Shown here: positions 16,620-25,005 of the stretch, one piece after another
How positions within the stretch are numbered: the first letter of the stretch is position 1
Layout: every line of letters begins with the position of its first letter
DNA from: Pseudonocardiaceae bacterium
GTDB taxonomy: Bacteria; Actinomycetota; Actinomycetes; Mycobacteriales; Pseudonocardiaceae
Direction of reading: 5' to 3'
Assembly (NCBI GenBank): GCA_036494295.1
Contig: DASXOL010000046.1
Coordinates: 1-37,687, forward strand
DNA: 37,687 nucleotides
Translations under genes and position numbers: made by a program
Notes under the pieces: model-generated
The model's input: only the letters and a program-made list of their open reading frames with translations
Databases searched by the model: none
What the model was told of the DNA's origin: nothing

Positions 16620-18571
16620 GTTACCAGTACCTGTTCCGTCCGCTGCGGCTCGGCCCGCTGGTGCTGCGCAACCGCATCGTGTTCGCCGCGCACCTGACGA
16701 ACTACGCGCAGGACGGCCTGCCCTCGGCGCAGCACGCGGCCTACTACGCGGCGCGGGCGGCGGGCGGCGTCGGGCTGATCATCACCGAGGAGCACTCCAC
16801 CCACCCCACCGACTGGCCCTACGAGAAGCTCATCCACGGCTTCCACCACAACGTGATCCCCGGCTACCGGCGGATCACCGAGGCGGTGCACGCCCACGAC
16901 GTGCCGATCCTGGCCCAGCTCAACCACAACGGCGGCCAGGCCTCCAGCATGTACTCGCGGCTGCCGGTGTGGGCACCGAGCGCGGTGCCCGATCGGATGT
17001 TCCGCGAGGTGCCCAAGGCCATCACGGTGGACGAGATCGCCGAGGTCGTCGCCGGGTACGGACTGGTCGCCGAGCACTGCGTCGAGGGCGGCTTCGACGG
17101 CGTGGAGCTGCAGTGCTCGCACTCCTCGATCGTGCGCGGATTCCTCTCCCCGGCCACGAACGTCCGCACCGACCGCTACGGCGGAGCGCTGGCGAACCGG
17201 GCGCGGATCCTGCTGGAGATCGTGGCCGCGGTGCGCGAGGCCATCGGGCCGGACCGGGTGCTGGGGGTGCGGATCTGCGGTGACGAGCTGATCGAGGGCG
17301 GCACCACTCTCGACGACGCGGTCGACGTGGCGAAGCTGGTCGAGGCGCACGGCAAGGTCGACTACGTCAACACCTCGATCGGGGTGGCCACCGCGACGCT
17401 GTACATGATCGAGGCGTCGATGCACATCCCGCCCGGGTACGCCATGTTCATCCCGGCCGCGCTGCGCAAGGCGGTCGACCTGCCGGTGATCGGGGTGGGC
17501 CGGTTCAAGGACCCGGTGCAGGCCGACCGGGCGCTGGCCGAGGGGCACGCCGACCTGATCGGCGTGGTGCGCGGCCAGATCGCCGACGCCGACTTCGCGG
17601 CGAAGGCCAGGGCCGGGCATGCCACCGAGATCCGCACCTGCCTGTCGTGCAACCAGGAATGCGTCGGGCGGATGGGCCTGAACCGCTGGCTGGGCTGCAT
17701 CGAGAACCCGCGCACCGGCAAGGAGAGCGTGCCGATCCCGGCGCCGACCGTGCGCGGACGCCGCGTGCTGGTGGTCGGCGGCGGGCCCGGCGGGCTGCAG
17801 GCCGCGGCCACCGCCGCCCGCCAGGGACACCACGTCACGCTGCTCGAACGCGCCCGCGACACCGGTGGCCAGGCCGCGGTCGCGGCCAGCGTGCCGAGCC
17901 GCGCCGAGTTCCTCGACGTGGTGCGCAACCTGCTCGCCGAGTGCCTGCGCCTCGGCGTCGACATCCACACCGGCACCGCGGCCACGGTCGAGACGGTCCG
18001 CGCGGCGGCGCCCGACGTGGTGGTGCTCGCCACCGGGGCCCGCCCGCAGCCGACCTGGTGGGCGGGCGGCCTCGACCGCGTCGTCGACGTCCGTGACGTC
18101 CTGGAGGGCCGCGCCGCCCCGGAGGGCGACGTGCTGGTCGTCGACGAGCTGGGCTTCCACCAGGCCACCTCCACGGCCGAGGTGCTCGCCGACCGGGGCT
18201 GCGCCGTCGAGGTGTCCACCCCGGGGATGGTCGTCGGCCAGGACCTCGGGGTGACCCTGGACATGGAGACCTGGACCATGCGGGCGCACGCCAAGGGCAT
18301 CGTGCAGCGCACCGACGAGGTGGTGCTGGGCGCGGCCGCGGCCGACGACGGGACCGGGCTGGTACTGCAGGTGCTGCGCCACATGACCGGGGAGACCGTC
18401 GAACGCCGCTACGACTGGGTGGTCTGCGCGGTGCCGCAGGCACCGGAGGACGAGTTGTGGCACGGGCTGAAGGGCTCCGGCCTGCCGGTGCACCGGGTCG
18501 GTGACTGCCTGGCCCCCCGCCGGGCGCACGCCGCGGTCGTCGAGGGCCACCGGGTGGGGGTGGCCCTGTGA
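16616..18571 (+). CDS. FadH/OYE-family flavin oxidoreductase, paralogue 2 (with 4Fe-4S motif)
   Basis: ATGA overlap with paralogue 1. FMN barrel region, 'CLSCNQECVGRMGLNRWLGC' (Cx2Cx3Cx11C as in 2,4-dienoyl-CoA reductase and trimethylamine dehydrogenase) and 'VLVVGGGPGGLQAA'. Confidence 0.88.
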   Translation: MSYQYLFRPLRLGPLVLRNRIVFAAHLTNYAQDGLPSAQHAAYYAARAAGGVGLIITEEHSTHPTDWPYEKLIHGFHHNVIPGYRRITEAVHAHDVPILAQLNHNGGQASSMYSRLPVWAPSAVPDRMFREVPKAITVDEIAEVVAGYGLVAEHCVEGGFDGVELQCSHSSIVRGFLSPATNVRTDRYGGALANRARILLEIVAAVREAIGPDRVLGVRICGDELIEGGTTLDDAVDVAKLVEAHGKVDYVNTSIGVATATLYMIEASMHIPPGYAMFIPAALRKAVDLPVIGVGRFKDPVQADRALAEGHADLIGVVRGQIADADFAAKARAGHATEIRTCLSCNQECVGRMGLNRWLGCIENPRTGKESVPIPAPTVRGRRVLVVGGGPGGLQAAATAARQGHHVTLLERARDTGGQAAVAASVPSRAEFLDVVRNLLAECLRLGVDIHTGTAATVETVRAAAPDVVVLATGARPQPTWWAGGLDRVVDVRDVLEGRAAPEGDVLVVDELGFHQATSTAEVLADRGCAVEVSTPGMVVGQDLGVTLDMETWTMRAHAKGIVQRTDEVVLGAAAADDGTGLVLQVLRHMTGETVERRYDWVVCAVPQAPEDELWHGLKGSGLPVHRVGDCLAPRRAHAAVVEGHRVGVAL

Positions 18572-19605
18572 CCGGCAATGCTGTGACCGACCTGCCTGCC
18601 GGCCCGCTGGCGGTGGTGGTCATCCGCGACGGCGTCCCGCCGCTCGGCGGTGACGAGGCCGTCGCCGAGGCGGGCGGCGCCGCGCTGCTGGTCGGATCCG
18701 GCACCAGGGACGCGGTGACCGAGCTGCCCGCGCTGCGCACCGCGTGGTGCGCCGAGTGGGGCCACTACCTGCCGGGTACCTGGGCCGCGCGGTTGGCCGC
18801 ACTGGTGGGGCAGTGCTCGCCGGTGCTCCTCCCGGCCTCCCCGGACGGCCGCGACCTCGCGCCCCGGCTCGCCGCCGAGCTGGACCGGCCCCTGCTGGGC
18901 GGCGCGGGCACGGTCCGCGACGACGGTGCCGACCTGCTGCGCTGGGGCGGGCGGGTCACCGTGCCGTGCTGCCCCGACGGCCCGTTCGTCGCCACCCTGC
19001 TGCCCGGGGTGCGGGGCGCCGAGGCGGCCGACGGCGAACCCCAGGTGCACGAGGTCTCCGCCGAAGCGGCGCCGGACAAGATCGCCGACGCGCGCGTCCT
19101 CGAGGTGCTGCCCGCCGATCCGGCCACCGTCGATCTCGCCGAGGCGCCACGGATCCTCGGTGCCGGAGCGGGCTTGTGCCGGGGCGCCGAGGGCGGGGTG
19201 GAGGCGGTGGCGCTGCTCGGGCGGGTCGCCGCGGCGCTCAGCGCCTCGGTGGGCGCCACCAGGGTGGTGACCGACGCGGGCTGGGCCGACTACGAGCGGC
19301 AGATCGGCACCACCGGCGTCGTGGTGGACCCCGACCTCTACGTGGCGTTCGGTGTCTCCGGCGCGGCACAGCACGTCGGCGGGCTCGGCGCGCCCCGTCA
19401 CGTCGTCTCGGTGAACCGTGACGCGCACTGCCCGATGACCGCCATGGCCGGTCTCGGCATCGTCACCGACGCCGCCGAACTGCTCCGCGAGCTCGCCGAC
19501 CGGCTGCTCGCAGCGCCGGGGTCGTCTGCGTCCCCTGAGTCGGGGAAGTCGGGGAAATCGGGGGAGTCGCAGCACTCTGGAGACGAGGTGAACGCCGGTG
19601 GCTGA
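18568..19605 (+). CDS. Electron transfer flavoprotein alpha subunit (FixB-like)
   Basis: GTGA overlap with OYE-2. C-terminal FAD-domain signature 'LYVAFGVSGAAQHVGG' and 'VVSVNRDAHCPM'. Low-complexity tail 'SGKSGKSGES'. Confidence 0.8.
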   Translation: MTGNAVTDLPAGPLAVVVIRDGVPPLGGDEAVAEAGGAALLVGSGTRDAVTELPALRTAWCAEWGHYLPGTWAARLAALVGQCSPVLLPASPDGRDLAPRLAAELDRPLLGGAGTVRDDGADLLRWGGRVTVPCCPDGPFVATLLPGVRGAEAADGEPQVHEVSAEAAPDKIADARVLEVLPADPATVDLAEAPRILGAGAGLCRGAEGGVEAVALLGRVAAALSASVGATRVVTDAGWADYERQIGTTGVVVDPDLYVAFGVSGAAQHVGGLGAPRHVVSVNRDAHCPMTAMAGLGIVTDAAELLRELADRLLAAPGSSASPESGKSGKSGESQHSGDEVNAGG

Positions 19606-20968
19606 GCACGCAGGTCCCGGGTCCCGCTCGGTCACCGCACCGCGGTCCGACCCGCGGCAGGTGCTGGACGCGGTGGTGGTCGGCGCGGGCCCGGCGGGCT
19701 CGGCCGCGGCGATCGAGCTGGCCAGGGCCGGCCACTCGGTCGCGCTCGTGGAGCGGGGTCCGTTCGCGGGTTCGAAGAACGTCTACGGCGGCGTGGTCTA
19801 CGGGCGGATCCTCGACGAGCTGGTGCCGCAGTGGTGGGAGGAGGCTCCCGTCCAGCGGTGGGTCACCCGCCGCGCCACGATGATCCTCACCGCGGAGCAG
19901 TCGCTCACCGTCGACTTCCGCACCACGGCCTGGGGTGCGCCGCCCTACAACGGGGCCACCGCGCACCGCCCGGACTTCGACGCCTGGCTGGCGGGCAAGG
20001 CGGAGCAGGCCGGCGCCGTGCTCGTGCCCTCCACGGTGGCCACCAGCCTGCTGCGCGACCAGGACGGCCGGGTCGCCGGGGTGCGCACCGACCGCGAGGA
20101 CGGCGACCTGGCCGCCCGCGTGGTGATCGCCTGCGACGGGGTGAACTCGTTCCTGGCCAAGGAAGCCGGCCTGTTCAGCGCCTCGGACGTCGCCGAGCAG
20201 GCCGAGCACACCACGCTCGGGGTCAAGGAGACGCTCGCGCTGGACCGCGGGCTGCTGGAGGAGCGCTTCGGCCTGTCCGGCTGCGAGGGGCTGGACATCG
20301 AGATGCTGGGCTGCACCAGGGGCATCCCCGGCGGCGGGTTCCTCTACACCAACCTCGACTCGATCTCGCTGGGCATGGTGCTCAGCCTGCCCGGCCTGGG
20401 CGCGGCGGGGGTGCGGCCCGAGGAGCTGATCGCCGACCTCAAGGAGCACCCGACCATCGCGCCGTGGGTGCGGGGCACCGAGCTGGTGGAGTACTCCGCG
20501 CACCTGATCCCCGAGGGCGGCTACGACACCATGCCCGAACTGGTCGGCGACGGGATGCTGGTCTGCGGCGACGCGGCCGCGATGTGCCTCGCGGCCGGGA
20601 TCTGGCTGGAGGGCGTCAACTTCGCGATCGGGTCGGGCATGTACGCCGGACGCGCCGCCGCCGACGCCCTGCGCGCCGGCGACACCTCCAAGGCGGGCCT
20701 CGCGGGATACCGGAAGCGGCTGGAGAACTCCTTCGTGCTCGCCGACCACCGCAAGCTGCGCAACGCACCCGGGCTGATCCTGTCGGAGCGGATGCAGCAG
20801 CGCTATCCAGGGCTGGTCTGCGACCTGGTGGAAGGCATGTTCCGGGTGGACAACCCGCATCCCAAGCCCGGGTTGCGGACCCTGTTGCGCCGCACCGCGA
20901 AACAGCACGGCGTGCGCCTGCGCGACCTGGCCCGCGACGGCCTGAGCGCCCTGCGGAGCTTCGGATGA
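19598..20968 (+). CDS. fixC: FixC-like FAD-dependent ETF:quinone oxidoreductase
   Basis: 8-nt overlap with ETF-alpha. 'DAVVVGAGPAGSAAAIELARAGHSVALVERG', 'VIACDGVNSFLAKE' and 'LVCGDAA'. Confidence 0.85.
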   Translation: MAEHAGPGSRSVTAPRSDPRQVLDAVVVGAGPAGSAAAIELARAGHSVALVERGPFAGSKNVYGGVVYGRILDELVPQWWEEAPVQRWVTRRATMILTAEQSLTVDFRTTAWGAPPYNGATAHRPDFDAWLAGKAEQAGAVLVPSTVATSLLRDQDGRVAGVRTDREDGDLAARVVIACDGVNSFLAKEAGLFSASDVAEQAEHTTLGVKETLALDRGLLEERFGLSGCEGLDIEMLGCTRGIPGGGFLYTNLDSISLGMVLSLPGLGAAGVRPEELIADLKEHPTIAPWVRGTELVEYSAHLIPEGGYDTMPELVGDGMLVCGDAAAMCLAAGIWLEGVNFAIGSGMYAGRAAADALRAGDTSKAGLAGYRKRLENSFVLADHRKLRNAPGLILSERMQQRYPGLVCDLVEGMFRVDNPHPKPGLRTLLRRTAKQHGVRLRDLARDGLSALRSFG

Positions 20969-20991
20969 GGGCTCTTCAAGAACCACAAACC

Positions 20992-21048
20992 CCCCTCCGC
21001 GGTGTCCGTAACTGCTACCCACCGGGGGACCACCCACCAGCGGAGGGG
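20992..21048 (+). promoter_or_regulatory. Hairpin pairing an anti-SD-like CCCCTCCGC with the fixX Shine-Dalgarno GCGGAGGGG
   Basis: 9-nt perfect complementary arms at 20992-21000 and 21040-21048. The right arm contains the GGAGG located 6 nt before ATG 21054. This is the largest intergenic gap (85 nt) in the mftA-mftE gene string. Confidence 0.35.
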
Positions 21049-21053
21049 CAGCC

Positions 21054-21359
21054 ATGAGCGTGCCGGACCGGCGCTACCGGGACATCGCCTTCGACGACCG
21101 GATGTCCACCGTGGACTTCCGGGTGGCCGAACGGGCACACATCACCGTGGACACCGACGTCTGCCGATCGTGCACGACCAAGGCGTGCGTGCACGCCTGC
21201 CCGGCGAACCTGTTCGTCCCCACCGCGGAAGGCGGCATCCTGTTCAACTACGAGCAGTGCTTCGAATGCGGCACCTGCTACCTGGTCTGCAACGGCGAGG
21301 GCGCGATCAGCTGGACCTATCCCGACGGCGGCCAGGGCGTCGTCTTCCGCAAGGGGTGA
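21054..21359 (+). CDS. fixX: FixX-like ferredoxin
   Basis: 'CRSCTTKACVHACP' and 'CFECGTCYLVC'. About 100 aa, the typical FixX size. Confidence 0.85.
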   Translation: MSVPDRRYRDIAFDDRMSTVDFRVAERAHITVDTDVCRSCTTKACVHACPANLFVPTAEGGILFNYEQCFECGTCYLVCNGEGAISWTYPDGGQGVVFRKG

Positions 21360-21363
21360 GCCG

Positions 21364-22308
21364 TTGACCACCGCCGAGCCGCCGACAGACCAGCCGCCGA
21401 CAAGCCAGCCGCCGACAGACCAGCCGCCGACAGGCCAGCCGACGAAGACGGTCCTGGCGGCGCTGCGCTTCGTCGACCAACGCGCCACAGTGGACCCGCT
21501 GACCGGCGCCGTCCGCACCGACGAACGCACCAGCGGCCCGAGCGAGGCCGACCGCTGCGCCCTGGAACACGCCCTGCGGCTGGCCGCGCGGCTCGGCGGC
21601 CGCTGCGTGGCGGTCACCGTCGGCCCGCCCGCCGCCGACGCGATGCTGCGCGACGCCCTCGCCGCCGGTGCCGACGCGGTGCTGCGGATCCAGGCCGGCG
21701 ACCCGGACGCCGACCACGACCACCTCGACGAGGCAGCCACCGCGGACGCCCTGATCGACGGGTTCCAGCAGCGGTACGGCCTGCCGGATCTGGTCATCTG
21801 CGGAGACCACTCGGCCGATCGCGGCGCCGGATCCACACCCGCCTACCTGGCCCATCGGCTGGGCGCCGCGCAGGCACTCGGGCTGCTCGAGCTCGCCCAG
21901 CAGGACGGGGAACTGCGGGCGCTGCGCAGAATCGACGGTGGCCGCCGCGAGCGTCTCGCCGTGGGGCTGCCCGCGGTGTGCTCGGTGGAGCCGACCACGG
22001 TCCGGTTGCGCCGGGCCGCGCTGCCCGCGGTGCTGGCTGCCCGCACCGCGACGGTTCCGGTCGTCACCACCCGGCAACGTCCGCCCCGCGCACCCCACAC
22101 CGGGCCGGCCCGCCCGTACCGGCCCCGCCCCCGGGTGCTGCCCGCCCCGGTCGGCGACGACCCCCGCACCAGGGTGCTGGCGCTGACCGGAGCTCTGGTG
22201 GAGCGCGAGCCGCCCAGGGTGGTCACCCCGGCGAGCGCCGCCGAGGCCGCCGACGAACTGCTCGGCTTCCTCCGCCAGCACGGCTACCTCGACGACGAGG
22301 CGCGGTGA
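21364..22308 (+). CDS. Electron transfer flavoprotein beta subunit (FixA-like) with N-terminal (PPTxQ)4 repeat
   Basis: 'RTSGPSEADRCALEHALRLA', 'AVTVGPPAADAMLRDALAAGAD' and 'VICGDHSADRGAGSTPAYLA'. The TTG start at 21364 is the only start codon upstream of the conserved core, so start confidence is moderate. Confidence 0.75.
   Translation: MTTAEPPTDQPPTSQPPTDQPPTGQPTKTVLAALRFVDQRATVDPLTGAVRTDERTSGPSEADRCALEHALRLAARLGGRCVAVTVGPPAADAMLRDALAAGADAVLRIQAGDPDADHDHLDEAATADALIDGFQQRYGLPDLVICGDHSADRGAGSTPAYLAHRLGAAQALGLLELAQQDGELRALRRIDGGRRERLAVGLPAVCSVEPTTVRLRRAALPAVLAARTATVPVVTTRQRPPRAPHTGPARPYRPRPRVLPAPVGDDPRTRVLALTGALVEREPPRVVTPASAAEAADELLGFLRQHGYLDDEAR
21376..21444 (+). repeat. 15-nt in-frame tandem repeat (CAGCCGCCGACANNC x4 plus a partial copy)
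   Basis: Read directly. It encodes PPTDQ PPTSQ PPTDQ PPTGQ at the ETF-beta N-terminus. Confidence 0.9.
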
Positions 22309-23009
22309 GCCTGGCCGGGTCCCGCTGGCCCGAGCTCGACCGCGGCGAGGACCTCACCGTGCTCGTGCCGGTGGGCTCGGTGGAGCAGCACGGGCCGCAT
22401 CTGCCGCTGGACACCGACACCCGGATCGCCGAGGCGGTGGCCCGACAGGTCTCCTGGCCCGGCGTCCTGGTGGCGCCGCCGATCAGCTACGGCGCCGCAG
22501 GCGAGCACGAGAGCTTCCCCGGCACGATCTCGATCGGGCACGACGCGATGCAGGCGGTGCTCGTCGAGTTCGGCCGCTCGGCCTGCCGCTGGGCGGCCCG
22601 CCTGGTCTTCGTCAACGGTCACGGCGGCAACGTGGCCGCACTCGGCGCGGCGGTGCGGCGGCTGCGCGCGGAGGGCCGCGACGTGGCCTGGCACGCCTGT
22701 GTCGCGCCGGGCGCGGACCTGCACGCCGGCCGCACGGAGACGTCGCTGCTGCTCGCGATCGCCCCCGCGGACGTCCGGATGAGCCAGGCGCGGCCGGGCA
22801 ACACCGGCGGCCTCGCCGAGTTGCTGCCCGCCATGCGCGCGGGCTCGGTGCGGGCGGTGAGCCCGTGCGGAGTCCTGGGTGACCCCACCGGCGCCACGGC
22901 GCAGGAGGGCAGCTCGCTGCTGGCCACGCTGGGCGCCGCACTGCGCGGCGCGCTGGCGCGCTGGCAGCCGGGCGAGTCCGGTCTGTTGACCACGCCGGAA
23001 GATTTGTAA
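22305..23009 (+). CDS. mftE: Mycofactocin biosynthesis peptidyl-dipeptidase MftE (creatininase family)
   Basis: GTGA overlap with ETF-beta. Creatininase-fold motifs '[18 protein letters not shown]', 'GHDAM', 'NGHGGN' and 'HAGRTETS'. The track's 21978 start is a shadow extension. Confidence 0.85.
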   Translation: MSLAGSRWPELDRGEDLTVLVPVGSVEQHGPHLPLDTDTRIAEAVARQVSWPGVLVAPPISYGAAGEHESFPGTISIGHDAMQAVLVEFGRSACRWAARLVFVNGHGGNVAALGAAVRRLRAEGRDVAWHACVAPGADLHAGRTETSLLLAIAPADVRMSQARPGNTGGLAELLPAMRAGSVRAVSPCGVLGDPTGATAQEGSSLLATLGAALRGALARWQPGESGLLTTPEDL

Positions 23010-23104
23010 CACTGTTACCTGCGACGACGATCGGGATGACGGTGGGCTGCGCCGGTCGCGGTGCCGGCGACGGGGAGTCCCCACAGCGAAGGGACGGGCG
23101 CACG

Positions 23105-23608
23105 ATGGACACCGTGGGCGACCAGGCACCGCGCGACGAGATGCGGGCCTCCGACCGGGACCGCGAACAGGTCGCGGAGCGGCTGCGGTCCGCGCACGCC
23201 GAGGGCCGCCTCGACCTCGCCGAGTTCGACGAGCGGGTGCGGCAGGCATGGGCGGCGCGCACGTACGGCGAGCTCCAGCCGCTCACCGCCGATCTCCCCG
23301 CGACGACGCCCGCGGCCCGCCCGGCCCCGCCGGAGCAGGCCTGGCCGCCGCACCGAGGGCCGCACCAAGGCCCGCACCAAGGCCCGCACCAAGGCCCGCA
23401 CCAAGCGCCGCACCGGGGCCACGGCCATCGCGCCGCGGTCGGCGCCTGGCTCAGCGTCAGCCTGATCAACCTGGTGATCTGGGCCGTCGTCTCGGTGGGC
23501 AGCATGCACCTCGTCTACCCTTGGTGGGTCTGGGTGGCGGGACCCTGGGGTGCGCTGCTGCTGGCGCGCTGGATCTCCGGTCTGGCCGCGCGCACCGACG
23601 AGGCATAA
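23105..23608 (+). CDS. DUF1707 (SHOCT-like) membrane protein with His/Pro/Gln repeat linker
   Basis: '[33 protein letters not shown]' DUF1707 signature. (GPHQ)n linker. Two C-terminal hydrophobic helices. The start is ATG 23105 or the Met 12 codons downstream. Confidence 0.7.
   Translation: MDTVGDQAPRDEMRASDRDREQVAERLRSAHAEGRLDLAEFDERVRQAWAARTYGELQPLTADLPATTPAARPAPPEQAWPPHRGPHQGPHQGPHQGPHQAPHRGHGHRAAVGAWLSVSLINLVIWAVVSVGSMHLVYPWWVWVAGPWGALLLARWISGLAARTDEA
23347..23418 (+). repeat. 12-nt in-frame tandem repeat (SCCGCACCRRGS, about 6 copies)
   Basis: Read directly. The central copies CCCGCACCAAGG are identical. Confidence 0.9.
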
Positions 23609-23621
23609 CGGCGAGGCGTAA

Positions 23622-23652
23622 CCCGGCCGCGCCGGGGAGCCGGGGCCGGTTT
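23622..23652 (+). terminator. GC-rich hairpin plus TTT after the DUF1707 gene
   Basis: CCGGCCGCGCCGGGGAGCCGGGGCCGG followed by TTT. Confidence 0.4.
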
Positions 23653-23680
23653 GGATCTGCACATCGCCGCGACGTAGACT
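23651..23680 (+). promoter_or_regulatory. Candidate housekeeping promoter for infA (-35 TTGGAT, 18-nt spacer, -10 TAGACT)
   Basis: Hexamers lie at 23651-23656 and 23675-23680. This implies a leader of about 220 nt before infA. Confidence 0.45.
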
Positions 23681-23904
23681 GTGCTGTCGGCGCGAGGACC
23701 GCGCCGGTTCCAGCGTGTCTGCAGGTATCTGCGCAGGATTCCCTGCTCAGCGGTGCGTCACCCGCACTTCTCCGATGCCTCCCGCACGTCTCGGAGCTGG
23801 TGTGTGCCTTCGTCGCGGCAAGGCCGCAGCCCGGCAGCCCACGGACCACGTTCCGCGGGACGGTCCGGGCGGTGGCACGGCGAACCAGCAGGAACGCGGA
23901 GGAC

Positions 23905-24126
23905 ATGGGCAAGAAGGACGGGGCCATCGAGGTCGAGGGCCGGGTGGTCGAGCCACTCCCCAATGCGATGTTTCGCGTCGAGTTGGAGAACGGCCACCGT
24001 GTTCTCGCGCACATCAGCGGCAAGATGCGTCAGCACTACATCCGCATCCTGCCCGAGGACCGGGTCGTCGTGGAGCTGTCGCCCTACGACCTGTCCCGTG
24101 GCCGCATCGTCTACCGCTACAAGTAG
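23905..24126 (+). CDS. infA: Translation initiation factor IF-1
   Basis: [73 protein letters not shown] (73 aa). Confidence 0.97.
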   Translation: MGKKDGAIEVEGRVVEPLPNAMFRVELENGHRVLAHISGKMRQHYIRILPEDRVVVELSPYDLSRGRIVYRYK

Positions 24127-24249
24127 GCGCCTGTTGTTCTCCGATCGGTACCTCCAGACTTCGCGGGAGTACCGGACAGGCACGACACAGCACATCCGAC
24201 AACTAACGGCCCGGCACCGCAGCAGGGTTCCGGGACCAGGAGAAATGAC

Positions 24250-24363
24250 GTGAAGGTCAAGCCGAGCGTCAAGAAGATCTGCGACAAGTGCAAAGTGATC
24301 CGCCGCCACGGTGTGGTCATGGTGATCTGCGAGAACCTGCGTCACAAGCAGCGTCAGGGCTGA
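24250..24363 (+). CDS. rpmJ: 50S ribosomal protein L36
   Basis: GTG start. [37 protein letters not shown] (37 aa). Not in the ORF track. Confidence 0.95.
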   Translation: MKVKPSVKKICDKCKVIRRHGVVMVICENLRHKQRQG

Positions 24364-24556
24364 GCACCGCACGTCGCCGGTACTCCACGGCGCGAGAAGA
24401 CCTCCCCGAACCAGCCGGTCCAGCACGAGACGACGGCAGCAGCCGTAGGACCGGTGGCACCCCCGGACTTCAGGCCGGGGCCCGCGGACCACAGGTCCGG
24501 AGGACGGGACGGACGGGGAGCAGACCTGGAGACGACGAGACAGGAGACACTGCCGG

Positions 24557-24937
24557 ATGGCACGACTCACCGGCGTAGACCTCCCCCGCGAGAAGCGGAT
24601 GGAGGTGGCGCTGACCTACATCTTCGGTATCGGTCGCACCCGCTCACACGAGATCCTGGCCGCCACCGGGGTGGATCCCGACCTGCGTTCCAAGGACCTC
24701 ACCGACGAGGACCTGGTCCGGCTGCGGGACTACATCGAGAACAACTACAAGGTCGAAGGTGACCTCCGCCGCGAGGTCCAGGCCGACATCCGCCGGAAGA
24801 TCGAGATCGGCTGCTACGAGGGTCTGCGGTGGCGCCGCGGGCTGCCCGTGCGCGGTCAGCGGACGAAGACCAACGCCCGCACCCGCAAGGGCCCGAAGAA
24901 GACAGTCGCCGGCAAGAAGAAGGCCGGGAAGAAGTAG
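24557..24937 (+). CDS. rpsM: 30S ribosomal protein S13
   Basis: '[26 protein letters not shown]'. Confidence 0.97.
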   Translation: MARLTGVDLPREKRMEVALTYIFGIGRTRSHEILAATGVDPDLRSKDLTDEDLVRLRDYIENNYKVEGDLRREVQADIRRKIEIGCYEGLRWRRGLPVRGQRTKTNARTRKGPKKTVAGKKKAGKK

Positions 24938-25005
24938 CGGTCCGGGGACAGCCCCCGTGGACGGACACAGACCGACACCGAGACTCTTGTAGGAGCGCAC
25001 ACCGC

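Noticed and set aside
21978-22304. N-terminal extension of the mftE ORF across the ETF-beta gene
   Set aside because: It has shadow-frame composition. The creatininase core starts right after GTG 22305, which overlaps the ETF-beta stop codon.
18568-22308. fixABCX as a nitrogen-fixation electron donor
   Set aside because: No nif genes are present. The genes are embedded by overlapping start/stop codons in the mycofactocin operon.
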